A stretch of DNA of 23,577 bases from a virus (IMGVR_UViG_2684622582_000006:1-23577), one strand, 5' to 3'. Positions 7,668 through 15,616 are shown, counted from the stretch's first letter. Program-made: numbers and translations. The notes: generated by a model from the letters alone, not told the origin.

Positions 7668-8248
7668 CAGCTCACCTCCTGCGGCGGTTCCGGTAATTTC
7701 ATCCAGTGAGTTGCCTGCTCAATACCATTACCCGGCTTAATCGTTGCATCTCCGCGACGAAAGGTGCTTCCGGTATAGCGTGCGGAGCATATTAGCGGTT
7801 CAACCAGAGAGCTATCGAAATTCACCGAAATCAGCACATTCTGACCCTTTTCAGGCATTCGCTCACTACAGCTTATCCAGCCATCCGGAGTTACCGGAGG
7901 GGTGCCCGATAGTGAATTCTTCTCCAGTGATGCTTTTACAAAACACGCGGCCTGAACTATTACGTCATGAATCCAGCGCAAATCAGCATCGCGATCTTTC
8001 TTTTTCATCTTTTCGCCACTTAAAGCCTGGCTTATGTGGCTTCGAACCAAATCTTCGTAAAGTTCTTGTGTTTCCTTAATTGTAAATCCACCAGGCAGAC
8101 TTGGCGCTTCTGCTTCCAGCGATGCCAGTGCGATACGAAACACATTGGCAAGCAGGCTGTCTGAAGATTGGTTATCGTGCGCCGGGTCGCTCAGGAAACC
8201 AGTGATGAATGATTTAATTTCCGCGTTTTCTCTGGTAATAGTGGTCAT
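7667..8248 (-). CDS. DUF551-domain phage protein
   Basis: 193 aa; C-terminal ...GWISCSERMPE...THWMKLPEPP matches the recalled DUF551 signature; SD GAGGA; ATGA-coupled to the upstream gene. Confidence 0.65.
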   Translation of the reverse strand: MTTITRENAEIKSFITGFLSDPAHDNQSSDSLLANVFRIALASLEAEAPSLPGGFTIKETQELYEDLVRSHISQALSGEKMKKKDRDADLRWIHDVIVQAACFVKASLEKNSLSGTPPVTPDGWISCSERMPEKGQNVLISVNFDSSLVEPLICSARYTGSTFRRGDATIKPGNGIEQATHWMKLPEPPQEVS

Positions 8249-8454
8249 TTGTTAATCCTCAAAACTTTATGCCCGGGCGCAAAAGCACGTGTTTTGTCTT
8301 TGCTTATTCGCCAGCCATCCTTACGCGCCTCTTTTGCACAACCAGCCCATGACGTACCGATATACTCTCCGAAGTCTGGCACTGGATATACACCTTCCGT
8401 ACACTGGCGGCAGTCACAATAGAGATGCATGGTGTAACTTGCAGCGATAGCCAT
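8245..8454 (-). CDS. small Cys-containing phage protein, unknown function
   Basis: 69 aa, SD AAAGGAG, ATG start; CDCRQC...GC cysteines. Confidence 0.5.
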   Translation of the reverse strand: MAIAASYTMHLYCDCRQCTEGVYPVPDFGEYIGTSWAGCAKEARKDGWRISKDKTRAFAPGHKVLRINK

Positions 8455-8455
8455 A

Positions 8456-9217
8456 TCAGTCTCCTTTGATGCCAGTGTTTACAGCCTGGCAAGCCTCTTT
8501 GAGCACCCAGTCAACAGCGTCTTTCCATGCTCCGGTTTCGACTGGCGGATTTTCACGCTTAACCTGTTCATAGAAGCGCACTGCTTTAATCAATCCTTCC
8601 GGTACTACTGGCGATGGCTGTTTAGCTTCTAAATCAGCAATTCTGTCAACCACGGCATTGACAGCATCTGAAAAACCGAACCAGTTACTCCACTCAGGCC
8701 TATCCCCGGTTGCTGCAAAATACATATCAGCTAAAGCAGACTCAGCATGGTCACGCTCGTTGATGAGTTGCTCTTCGCTTTTCTCCAGTTCAGCAATACG
8801 CTTACTTCCATCCGCGATTACTCCCTCGTAATACTCGCGTTGCTCGTTGAGTTTTGATTTTGCTTCCTCAAGCTCAACACGCAGCTTCCCTACCGTTAGC
8901 GCAATATCCTCGTTCTCCTGATCGCGGAGTTTGATGTATTGCTGGTTTCTTTCCCGTTCATCCAGCAGTGCCAGTACGGTAGCTGGGTTAGCCTCTGCTA
9001 TGAATTCTGCGTTTGCATAAGCCTGAGCATCTGTTTCAACCAGGCAGTTAACGTGACATTCTGCAATCACGCCACCTGGCTCTCCTTTCCATTTTTGACA
9101 AACAAAAACTCCTGTTAAATTGCCGTGCTGGTTAACAGATGTATGCCCTGCGATGTAGCTTCCTTTAGTTGCTTTCTCTGCTTTTTCACGCAGTGCCTGA
9201 TAGTCAATCTCGCTCAT
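8456..9217 (-). CDS. Ea22-like protein (paralog 1)
   Basis: 253 aa starting MSEIDYQALREKAEKAT..., the N-terminus typical of lambdoid Ea22-family proteins; coiled-coil middle; strong SD AGGAGG. Confidence 0.7.
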   Translation of the reverse strand: MSEIDYQALREKAEKATKGSYIAGHTSVNQHGNLTGVFVCQKWKGEPGGVIAECHVNCLVETDAQAYANAEFIAEANPATVLALLDERERNQQYIKLRDQENEDIALTVGKLRVELEEAKSKLNEQREYYEGVIADGSKRIAELEKSEEQLINERDHAESALADMYFAATGDRPEWSNWFGFSDAVNAVVDRIADLEAKQPSPVVPEGLIKAVRFYEQVKRENPPVETGAWKDAVDWVLKEACQAVNTGIKGD

Positions 9218-9461
9218 TGGTTGCCTCCTGTTTTTCTGCCTTCAACACCATGCGCGAACCATCATCCAGCTCCCAATTAATTTCACCGCCTTCTGCCATG
9301 ACCAGATGCCAGACGAGTTGAGCGGCCTCGTTGGTTACATCACGACCGCGATCATTGCCAACACGACATTTTGTTCCATCCCCTAAGTCACGCATTTTTG
9401 CCAACACGATGGTTTTTGATAGCGGTGAAAAACCAAGCTGTAGTCGTGCGGAATTACTCAC
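9204..9461 (-). CDS. small phage protein, unknown function
   Basis: 85 aa; GTG start with strong SD AAAGGAGG 7 nt upstream; GTGA overlap with upstream gene stop. Confidence 0.5.
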   Translation of the reverse strand: MSNSARLQLGFSPLSKTIVLAKMRDLGDGTKCRVGNDRGRDVTNEAAQLVWHLVMAEGGEINWELDDGSRMVLKAEKQEATNERD

Positions 9462-10177
9462 TGTTTGCCTCCTTTTCGAAGCTGGGCGGCGATATCTTCG
9501 AGAACGCCATCAGAGAATGAGCGGTCAAAATCGCCTTCCGGCGCATTAGCCATAAACTCAGTAGAGGTAAGAATCATCCGGGCAATGTCCGCGGCGTTCT
9601 TCGCAGTATCATCAATAAAACCAGCTTCCCAGGCAGCCAGCATTCTGTTCGCCACAAAGTAAGCGCCTTCCTTGCGTGCTTCAGTCTTCACTTCAGCCAG
9701 GAAAGCATCGGTGGCTGGGGTTTCAGGAATCTGCCTCCTCATCCGCTCTATTGCATGATTGAATCCGAAGTCTTCAGCAAGAGATACGTCATCCATATTG
9801 TCATTGTCAGCATCAATATCCCGTAGTTGAGGAATTGCAGACTTTATTCCCGCATTCTCCACCGCCAGTGCCGCAAGATTAGTCTCCAGCTCTGCAATGC
9901 GTTTGCTTTGGGCTTCCCGTTCATCCAGTAACGCCAGCACTTCCGGGTCGCTAACATCGATGACAGTGACGCGGGACTGTTCATAATGGTCATCTGCGAT
10001 ACTGCGGCCTTCTGCGTAGTAGCGACCTTTATCGTCGTAGGTTGCGCCTGTACATCCATACGTGATGCGGCTGCCACATATACGCTGCACTGTCATTTCA
10101 TCACCACAAATGCGGCATTTTGGTACTGGCTTCGGTGCATAACGTTCACGTAACGCCCGGTAATTAATTTCGCTCAT
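9458..10177 (-). CDS. Ea22-like protein (paralog 2) with N-terminal Cys4 zinc-ribbon-like segment
   Basis: 239 aa starting MSEINYRALRERYAPKPVPKCRICGDEMTVQRICGSRITYGC...; same N-terminal motif as paralog 1 but divergent body. Confidence 0.65.
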   Translation of the reverse strand: MSEINYRALRERYAPKPVPKCRICGDEMTVQRICGSRITYGCTGATYDDKGRYYAEGRSIADDHYEQSRVTVIDVSDPEVLALLDEREAQSKRIAELETNLAALAVENAGIKSAIPQLRDIDADNDNMDDVSLAEDFGFNHAIERMRRQIPETPATDAFLAEVKTEARKEGAYFVANRMLAAWEAGFIDDTAKNAADIARMILTSTEFMANAPEGDFDRSFSDGVLEDIAAQLRKGGKQ

Positions 10178-10350
10178 TCATCACCCCATTCATCACAATA
10201 TGCTTCGACCGGAGTTTTTCCTGCTTCATAATCATCACGCCATGCTTCAGCATCAGCAGCACTTCCACCGCGTAACTCTGCATAATCCATTAACAATTCA
10301 TGCCATTCTTCAAAACTGACGTTATATTTAGTTGAACCAAAATCAGCCAT
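10174..10350 (-). CDS. small highly acidic protein (58 aa), not in ORF track
   Basis: Own translation: MADFGSTKYNVSFEEWHELLMDYAELRGGSAADAEAWRDDYEAGKTPVEAYCDEWGDE; strong SD AGGAGGAAGAACAAA-ATG; stop overlaps next start (ATGA). Confidence 0.5.
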   Translation of the reverse strand: MADFGSTKYNVSFEEWHELLMDYAELRGGSAADAEAWRDDYEAGKTPVEAYCDEWGDE

Positions 10351-10525
10351 TTTGTTCTTCCTCCTCGTCTTTTATTTCGTGATATGAGTAATTGCAGTAG
10401 TTAAAGAAAATTTCTTTTGCTTCGTCATGAATTTCATCAGGTGTTGCGTCATCATCCACTTCAAATACGTCCTCAAAATCGCCACCAGCTATTCCCGTCT
10501 CGATAATTATTTTAAATTTTCGCAT
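10343..10525 (-). CDS. small acidic protein (60 aa), unknown function
   Basis: MRKFKIIIETGIAGGDFEDVFEVDDDATPDEIHDEAKEIFFNYCNYSYHEIKDEEEEQNG; stop 2 nt before the next gene's SD/ATG. Confidence 0.45.
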   Translation of the reverse strand: MRKFKIIIETGIAGGDFEDVFEVDDDATPDEIHDEAKEIFFNYCNYSYHEIKDEEEEQNG

Positions 10526-10617
10526 TTCACTACCGTCCTGCCGGGCGGCCTCCTTATGTTCTGAGGGTGCAGAAATCCCTCCTGTTAAGGATTCAGTTTT
10601 ATTTACAGCGCTGAAAT

Positions 10618-10926
10618 TTAATTATTCAGTTCCACCTCTGATTTCAGAATTATCTCCGCCATTCTGATATCCGGATTTCCTGAAATCATTTTTTCCGGCG
10701 AATCACAGTCACCTCCACATTCAGTAATGCGTTCATAACCTGCACGGATAACTGCTTTGTGCGCATTAATCATCTGGTTAAGAGCATCCGTCAGTTCTGC
10801 AACTCTCCTGTCTTTAGCATCCAGTTCATCAAGAACCCTTTTTATGGCCGGCGAATGAACCATATATATTGCTGCCGGTCCGGAAAGCATTATTCTGAGT
10901 TGTGCTTTTGCTTTTTCTGTTTTCAT
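10618..10926 (-). CDS. hypothetical phage protein
   Basis: 102 aa ORF with ATG start, tightly packed with upstream gene. Confidence 0.45.
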   Translation of the reverse strand: MKTEKAKAQLRIMLSGPAAIYMVHSPAIKRVLDELDAKDRRVAELTDALNQMINAHKAVIRAGYERITECGGDCDSPEKMISGNPDIRMAEIILKSEVELNN

Positions 10927-11238
10927 TTATTCCATTACCTTATTTCGTAACCAGACGCAGACCGGACCATCTTCGGTGTCATGTATCGAACCAGTAAACC
11001 ATCCATCGCCCTCTGGTCGTTCCGGTTCCCATACAGAAACATCAGCACCACACGCATCAGGGTCAGCACATCCTTCATCTCTGTAAATGATGGCCCATTG
11101 AAGGTTATTTTTCTCCATCCATGCGTCAAATTCTTCGGTGGAAATATATTCACGACCTGCGCAAAACTTTTTATACTCCGGATGCGTCCAGCAACCATAT
11201 TCATCACGCTCCACCGGCATTTCCTTAATTATGCTCAT
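10927..11238 (-). CDS. hypothetical phage protein
   Basis: About 103 aa from internal ATG (MSIIKEMPVERDEYGCWTHPEYKKF...); Cys/Asp-rich; track ORF starts further upstream. Confidence 0.45.
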   Translation of the reverse strand: MSIIKEMPVERDEYGCWTHPEYKKFCAGREYISTEEFDAWMEKNNLQWAIIYRDEGCADPDACGADVSVWEPERPEGDGWFTGSIHDTEDGPVCVWLRNKVME

Positions 11239-11272
11239 GTCGCACTCCGTCCCTTGCCCCGACCTTAAACCT

Positions 11273-11590
11273 TCAGCCCTCATACACCCTCCTGTCGAAA
11301 TAAACGTAGTTATTCACCGTGCGCAGCGGTATTCCAAATTTTCTGGCGATTTCACGTCCGGGCATACCGTGTTGATGCAACTGCCGCATCAGCTCTATAT
11401 CACTCTGAGGATATTTTGCTGACTGGTGATAATCGCCCCGTAGCATCATGCTTATACCCAGCTCCCGTGCTTTCGTTCTGACCGCCGCGCCACTACGACC
11501 AGTCAGGCTGCCGATGGTTTCGACCGTCATTGTTCCCGCGCACTGCCGCAGAATCAGTATCTCGGCACACACCCAGTGACGCCATCTCAC
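11273..11590 (-). CDS. small HTH-containing protein (possible regulator)
   Basis: C-terminal ...SDIELMRQLHQHGMPGREIARKFGIPLRTVNNYVY looks like a helix-turn-helix; GTG start overlapping upstream stop (GTGA) or ATG 60 nt downstream. Confidence 0.45.
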   Translation of the reverse strand: MRWRHWVCAEILILRQCAGTMTVETIGSLTGRSGAAVRTKARELGISMMLRGDYHQSAKYPQSDIELMRQLHQHGMPGREIARKFGIPLRTVNNYVYFDRRVYEG

Positions 11591-12303
11591 TTTGCATCAC
11601 CTGCGGAAGAATTTATCTGTCGGACAACATCCCGGCATTCATTCAGCTCCCGCAGCGCGGCGCAGACCCGCTCCCACTTGCGGACATGGCTTTTCGCCCG
11701 ACGCAGTTCGCGGTTTGCCATATGCAGCGATGGTAAAACCAGGTCATCCGCTTGTTTTTCAGTGCGCGATGGTAGTGACCGGGCAACGTCAGTCACCGTT
11801 TCTGCTTTAATTTTTTCCTGTGCTGCCGCTTCCTGTACTGGTAATGCAACACCTGCTGGCTGGGGAAAGGCTTTACCAGCCGTTTTCGTTACCGGCGCAG
11901 CTTTCGGCTCTGTCGGTAAATTATCGCCCGGCATGCAGTAGCGATATTTACCATCCTGATTAACGCGAATCAGACGACCTTTGCTGATTGCCGTTGCCAG
12001 CGATGAGTTCGCCCGGCGGGAAGTAATTCTGAACATTGATGCCAGCTCTTCCGCCGTCCGGGGACCATGTTGTTCAATCGCATCAATCAGCATCTGTGCT
12101 GTCACTTTCGGCGCTTGCTCCACTGGTGCATTTTCGTCGTTCTGCGTCAGCCACCACATCGGGCCATTGTTATCTGCCTCACCCCGGCGTTTCAGCTTCC
12201 ACAGCTCGTTAATCGCCTCATCCCGTGTCATCCCCAGACGTGCAGCAACTTCCTGTGATGACGCTTTACCCATTGCCTTCAGCGCATCAAAAACGGTCTC
12301 CAT
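11587..12303 (-). CDS. prophage protein, possibly DUF1627-type winged-helix
   Basis: About 238 aa from ATG with strong SD GGGAGGAAATTTTA; N-terminal METVFDALKAMGKASSQEVAARLGMTRDEAINELWKLKRRGE is HTH-like; Pro/Ala-rich linker. Confidence 0.5.
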   Translation of the reverse strand: METVFDALKAMGKASSQEVAARLGMTRDEAINELWKLKRRGEADNNGPMWWLTQNDENAPVEQAPKVTAQMLIDAIEQHGPRTAEELASMFRITSRRANSSLATAISKGRLIRVNQDGKYRYCMPGDNLPTEPKAAPVTKTAGKAFPQPAGVALPVQEAAAQEKIKAETVTDVARSLPSRTEKQADDLVLPSLHMANRELRRAKSHVRKWERVCAALRELNECRDVVRQINSSAGDAK

Positions 12304-12337
12304 TAAAATTTCCTCCCGGTAAAAATTATTTCTCAAC

Positions 12338-13003
12338 TCAGACAAAACCGGCCGCTTTCCGGCGCTCATATTCCTGTTTCAGCAACTCCGCTGGCGTTGG
12401 TCCCGACGAGCGTTCTGGTGCCGCCAGTTGCCGCCGGACTGGCGGAACACTGAGACCCATACCAACATGCTTTGCCCATTTCGTCAGTTGCCGTTCTGCA
12501 AGTCGTTTTAACTCCCCTTCCGTCATCTGGCGCTCAACCCCCTTTGTCCGCATCTCAAGGCAAATGTGATACAGCACAGGCTGGGACCACGGATATTTAT
12601 CACTTCCGTCGTATCGCCAGGACTCATTGCGCCAGCAGCGGTATTCTTCCATCACGGCATCCACAGTCAGACCAAACGGGTTGGCCCCGCTTTCCGAAAT
12701 CAGCGCCACAAACTCAGCCAGGTCCGGAGGCCAGGTTTCACCCGCCCGGCAGCGGTCCATGCACTGGCGGCAGACCTGCCGGATTTGCTGCTCAGTCATC
12801 GCGCCAATCTGTGCAATCCAGAGCTTCGAAGGTGCGGCCCCGTTCTTCTGAGTCCAGCGGTTCGAATAAACCTCCCCCATGAGTTCCCACAGCTTCCACG
12901 CCGTTTCCGTCGCTGATAAATCTGTTTTCACGTTCCCACTGCTCACGTGCTGCCCGAATTTCCTGAACTGCCCGTGATGCGGTGCCACCTGGTGCTGCTG
13001 CAT
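12338..13003 (-). CDS. lambda-P-like replication protein (helicase loader)
   Basis: Aligns by eye with recalled lambda P: ...YPWSQPVLYHICLEMR... vs YPWKSNAHYWLVTNLYQNMR, ...TEGELKRLAERQLTKW... vs TDAELRRKAADELVHM. The 13003 start has SD AAGGGGGG but overlaps the initiator gene by ~210 nt; start may instead be an internal Met. Confidence 0.6.
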   Translation of the reverse strand: MQQHQVAPHHGQFRKFGQHVSSGNVKTDLSATETAWKLWELMGEVYSNRWTQKNGAAPSKLWIAQIGAMTEQQIRQVCRQCMDRCRAGETWPPDLAEFVALISESGANPFGLTVDAVMEEYRCWRNESWRYDGSDKYPWSQPVLYHICLEMRTKGVERQMTEGELKRLAERQLTKWAKHVGMGLSVPPVRRQLAAPERSSGPTPAELLKQEYERRKAAGFV

Positions 13004-13832
13004 GGCTGCCCCCCTTGCTTACTGGTCTGACCTGTGCCCTGACGTGATTTACATGACGGGCGAATTTCTGCTCCCACTGAACCTGCGTGAACACTTTGCC
13101 CTCCGACATCCAGTAATCCCGGAATGCGGCAAGTTCAGCAGGTGTAAATTCCGGTTCCGGCAGGACCGTTCCCCACAGCGCAGCACGCCGTCGAAAATCC
13201 GGCGACGGATGCCAGCCACCGGTCATCGGAAATTTCCCGATGGGTTCACTCAGGCCATCCGGAAATTCAGTTTCCGCCACCTGCAACGGCGTACCGTTCG
13301 GTTCACTGGTCGGAGCACTCTCGCGCACGCGCGCGTTATGTGTGGGGTTTAATTCTTTATCTGTATCTTTATCTGTCGTGACTCGTCGTGACATGTCGTG
13401 ACATATGCGTGACTCATCGTGACATCCCTCATTCTGTTTTCGTAATTTTTCCCTCTCACGCTGCGCTCTCTTCCGCTCTGACGGGGATTTCGCGGTATGT
13501 GAAACATTACCGTTATCCTCTTTCAGTACCTGGCGTTTTTCCCATCCGGTGATTAAATCTCCATCAAGTACCCGCCCCTGCATTGCCTGCAAAATTGAAT
13601 CAATTGACTCTTCTGTCACGTCGAGCGCACTTGCCAAATCTTCCGTCGTGACATCAATGTGACCACGTAGTGACACGCCGTGACATGTCGTGACATTTCG
13701 TGACGCACTCACCAGAAGGTGGACATAAACCGCCATCACCGTTGCGATTGGCTGTCCTGACACCCTGGAAATTGTTCGCCACTTGGGATCATTTGGCATG
13801 TCATGCCATAATCTGAGCCAGGCATTAGCCAT
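12792..13832 (-). CDS. replication initiator (YdaU/DUF1376-like, lambda-O functional analog) containing the origin iterons
   Basis: N-terminus MANAWLRLWHDMPNDPKWRTI... as recalled for Rac YdaU-type replication proteins; two iteron arrays lie inside the coding sequence; SD GAGGTGA before ATG at ~13832 (track starts at GTG 13838). Confidence 0.65.
   Translation of the reverse strand: MANAWLRLWHDMPNDPKWRTISRVSGQPIATVMAVYVHLLVSASRNVTTCHGVSLRGHIDVTTEDLASALDVTEESIDSILQAMQGRVLDGDLITGWEKRQVLKEDNGNVSHTAKSPSERKRAQREREKLRKQNEGCHDESRICHDMSRRVTTDKDTDKELNPTHNARVRESAPTSEPNGTPLQVAETEFPDGLSEPIGKFPMTGGWHPSPDFRRRAALWGTVLPEPEFTPAELAAFRDYWMSEGKVFTQVQWEQKFARHVNHVRAQVRPVSKGGSHAAAPGGTASRAVQEIRAAREQWERENRFISDGNGVEAVGTHGGGLFEPLDSEERGRTFEALDCTDWRDD
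13370..13425. repeat. iteron array 1 (5 copies of CGTGAC core at 10-11 bp spacing) plus adjacent AT-rich direct repeat
   Basis: CGTGAC at ~13377, 13387, 13397, 13408, 13418, preceded by tctttatctgt x2. Confidence 0.55.
13645..13705. repeat. iteron array 2 (6 copies of (C)GTGAC core at 10-11 bp spacing)
   Basis: Cores at ~13647, 13658, 13669, 13679, 13689, 13699. Confidence 0.55.
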
Positions 13833-13903
13833 ACTCACCTCTTCTGATACCGAATCTTTTTACTCACGAGTTGCCGGAGGCGATCCGGTATAACTATTGC
13901 CAG

Positions 13904-14329
13904 TCAGTGCATCACCACGGCATTACCCGCCGGGCCACCACGGTTCATCTGATTGAAACCGGCGATTGCGACTGCAATAAAATCATCAGCGTCTCTCACC
14001 AGTCGTTCTCGTGTCTCCAGCAACTCCCGAAAATAAGCTGAACTGTGACTACGCATTCTGGCCACCAGCAAAGGCGGCATTGCCTTTTCGATCGCTGGCA
14101 GTAACGCCTGAATTTTTTCAACCGCATCAGGGGTGTCTTTCTCCACCCAGCGGAAAATTTTCTGGGTATTACGGGCCAGGGCTTCCGGATGGCCGTCGTC
14201 ATACAGCTCAGGAAACGTCATGCCCAGCTCAAAATAAACCCTGGTTATCTCGGCTGCCGGAACTTTTTCACCGTCCGGACGCGCCCAGGCATTCATCGCC
14301 ATGCGGATGTGCTCATGCTTGATTTTCAT
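13904..14329 (-). CDS. YdaT-like protein (cII-position gene of Rac-type prophages)
   Basis: 141 aa starting MKIKHEHI..., matching the N-terminus I recall for Rac YdaT; start overlaps the YdaS-like stop. Confidence 0.65.
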   Translation of the reverse strand: MKIKHEHIRMAMNAWARPDGEKVPAAEITRVYFELGMTFPELYDDGHPEALARNTQKIFRWVEKDTPDAVEKIQALLPAIEKAMPPLLVARMRSHSSAYFRELLETRERLVRDADDFIAVAIAGFNQMNRGGPAGNAVVMH

Positions 14330-14592
14330 GAATCACCCTCCCGAGCATATGCAGTGTTAGCCTTATATCCAGCAGGCAAGCCATCGGTGGGATTAGGGTA
14401 AATATCTGGTCGGAGTTCATGGGGAGTAACCTCCCACCCCATAATCTCACACAATTGCAAAACCCTTGAGGCTGGCACCTGGTGGCCATTAGCCCATCGA
14501 GATACAACCTGTTGCGGTAACCCAATCAAGCGAGCAATACCTGCTTGGGATAGTCCTCTTTGGTGAATTTTATTTTTTAAACATTCATGCAT
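14326..14592 (-). CDS. YdaS-like Cro-type HTH protein
   Basis: From internal ATG: MHECLKNKIHQRGLSQAGIARLIGLPQQVVSRWANGHQVPASRVLQLCEIMGWEVTPHELRPDIYPNP...; HTH plus the ELRPDI motif recalled for YdaS-family proteins; first gene of the operon divergent from the repressor. Confidence 0.6.
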   Translation of the reverse strand: MHECLKNKIHQRGLSQAGIARLIGLPQQVVSRWANGHQVPASRVLQLCEIMGWEVTPHELRPDIYPNPTDGLPAGYKANTAYAREGDS

Positions 14593-14632
14593 ATCGTTAA
14601 CTCCAGTGAATTGCCATTGCCATAATTTATAC

Positions 14633-14690
14633 ACTTTTAAAGTTACTCAATCAACACTTATAAGTTAACTGTGCTAGTTACACTTTTTTT
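14633..14690. promoter_or_regulatory. OR-like operator/divergent promoter region between Cro-like and repressor genes
   Basis: 11-bp palindrome ACTTTTAAAGT at ~14633-14643, related palindrome ACTTATAAGT at ~14656-14665 and a third partial copy; the identical 11-mer recurs at the PL-like promoter (~15702-15712). Confidence 0.5.
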
Positions 14691-14705
14691 ATGTAAAATG
14701 AATGC

Positions 14706-15113
14706 ATGAAGCGAATGACTACTCTTGAAATAACCACGTACCGGATAAAACTGGTGCTGGAAAAAACGGGACTGAAGCAGGCGGAACTAGCCCGCAGGAT
14801 TGGTGTTGCCCAACAATCGGTCCAAAAGTGGGTTCACGGCATCACAAGTCCATCAACAGCTAATCTTGATAAACTTTCAGAAGTAACAGGCTTTCCCCCA
14901 TATTGGTTTATGTTACCGCCAAACGATGAAGAGCAGGTTGTGGTGCCTGATACGATGAAAATAGGTCCCAGGCAACGGGAACTACTTCAAACATTCGGAG
15001 CATTTCCAGAGGAAGATCAAGAACAAATGCTTAAAGATATGAAAGACAAAAAAGAGTCGATGGATCGCACAGTCGCAAGGTGGCTTGCAGCCCAAAAAGG
15101 GAATTTAGCGTAA
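14706..15113 (+). CDS. HTH (XRE-type) repressor without peptidase domain; immunity repressor and/or PaaR2-type regulator
   Basis: 135 aa; N-terminal HTH (LKQAELARRIGVAQQSVQKWVHG); no S24 autoprotease motif seen; divergent from the Cro-like gene; directly upstream of the toxin-antitoxin pair. Confidence 0.65.
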   Translation: MKRMTTLEITTYRIKLVLEKTGLKQAELARRIGVAQQSVQKWVHGITSPSTANLDKLSEVTGFPPYWFMLPPNDEEQVVVPDTMKIGPRQRELLQTFGAFPEEDQEQMLKDMKDKKESMDRTVARWLAAQKGNLA

Positions 15114-15142
15114 TCTCTATCGCCTGTAAGAGGAGGTGTGTA

Positions 15143-15334
15143 ATGAATACAGCCCTTTCACCAATGGTTTCTGAGTTTGAAACTATTGAACAAGAAAACA
15201 GTTACAACGAATGGCTGCGAGCCAAAGTAGCTGCAAGCCTTGCAGATCCGCGCCCAGCAATTCCCCATGATGAAGTCGAACGCAGAATGGCAGAACGCTT
15301 TGCTAAAATGCGCAAGGAACGGAGCAAGCAGTAA
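15143..15334 (+). CDS. PaaA2-like antitoxin
   Basis: 63 aa from ATG with strong SD (AAGAGGAGGTGTGTA-ATG): MNTALSPMVSEFETIEQENSYNEWLRAKVAASLADPRPAIPHDEVERRMAERFAKMRKERSKQ; stop overlaps toxin start (TAAATG). Matches my recollection of the PaaA2 antitoxin of E. coli O157 prophages. Confidence 0.7.
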   Translation: MNTALSPMVSEFETIEQENSYNEWLRAKVAASLADPRPAIPHDEVERRMAERFAKMRKERSKQ

Positions 15335-15616
15335 ATGTTACCCGTATTATGGCTTGAAAGCGCAGATAGTGACTTGGATGATATAACTAGCTATATTGCA
15401 CGTTTCGACATAAATGCGGCAGAACGCTTGTGGAAACGCTTAAGAACTTGCGTCCTGCCGTTATCCGAACATCCGTATTTATACCCACCAAGTGACAGAG
15501 TTCCGGGTTTGCGTGAGATTGTAGCCCATCCTAATTATATAATTCTTTACCGTGTAGCCACTTCAAGTATTGAAATTGTGAGTATCGTACACGCCAGACG
15601 CCAGTTCCCCAGATAA
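15335..15616 (+). CDS. ParE/RelE-superfamily toxin (ParE2-like)
   Basis: 93 aa; ...GLREIVAHPNYIILYRVATSSIEIVSIVHARRQFP fits the RelE/ParE fold signature; translationally coupled to the antitoxin. Confidence 0.75.
   Translation: MLPVLWLESADSDLDDITSYIARFDINAAERLWKRLRTCVLPLSEHPYLYPPSDRVPGLREIVAHPNYIILYRVATSSIEIVSIVHARRQFPR

Noticed and set aside
11576-12916. Several plus-strand ORFs (11576..11941, 11981..12322, 12472..12882, 12566..12916)
   Set aside because: Antisense to the DUF1627-like and P-like genes; Ala/Arg/Ser-rich translations typical of the reverse frame of GC-rich coding DNA.
13340-13720. Short direct repeats initially considered as a possible CRISPR-like array
   Set aside because: Repeat unit is only 5-6 bp with 10-11 bp phasing, there are no uniform spacers and the repeats lie inside a coding sequence; they fit origin iterons, not CRISPR.
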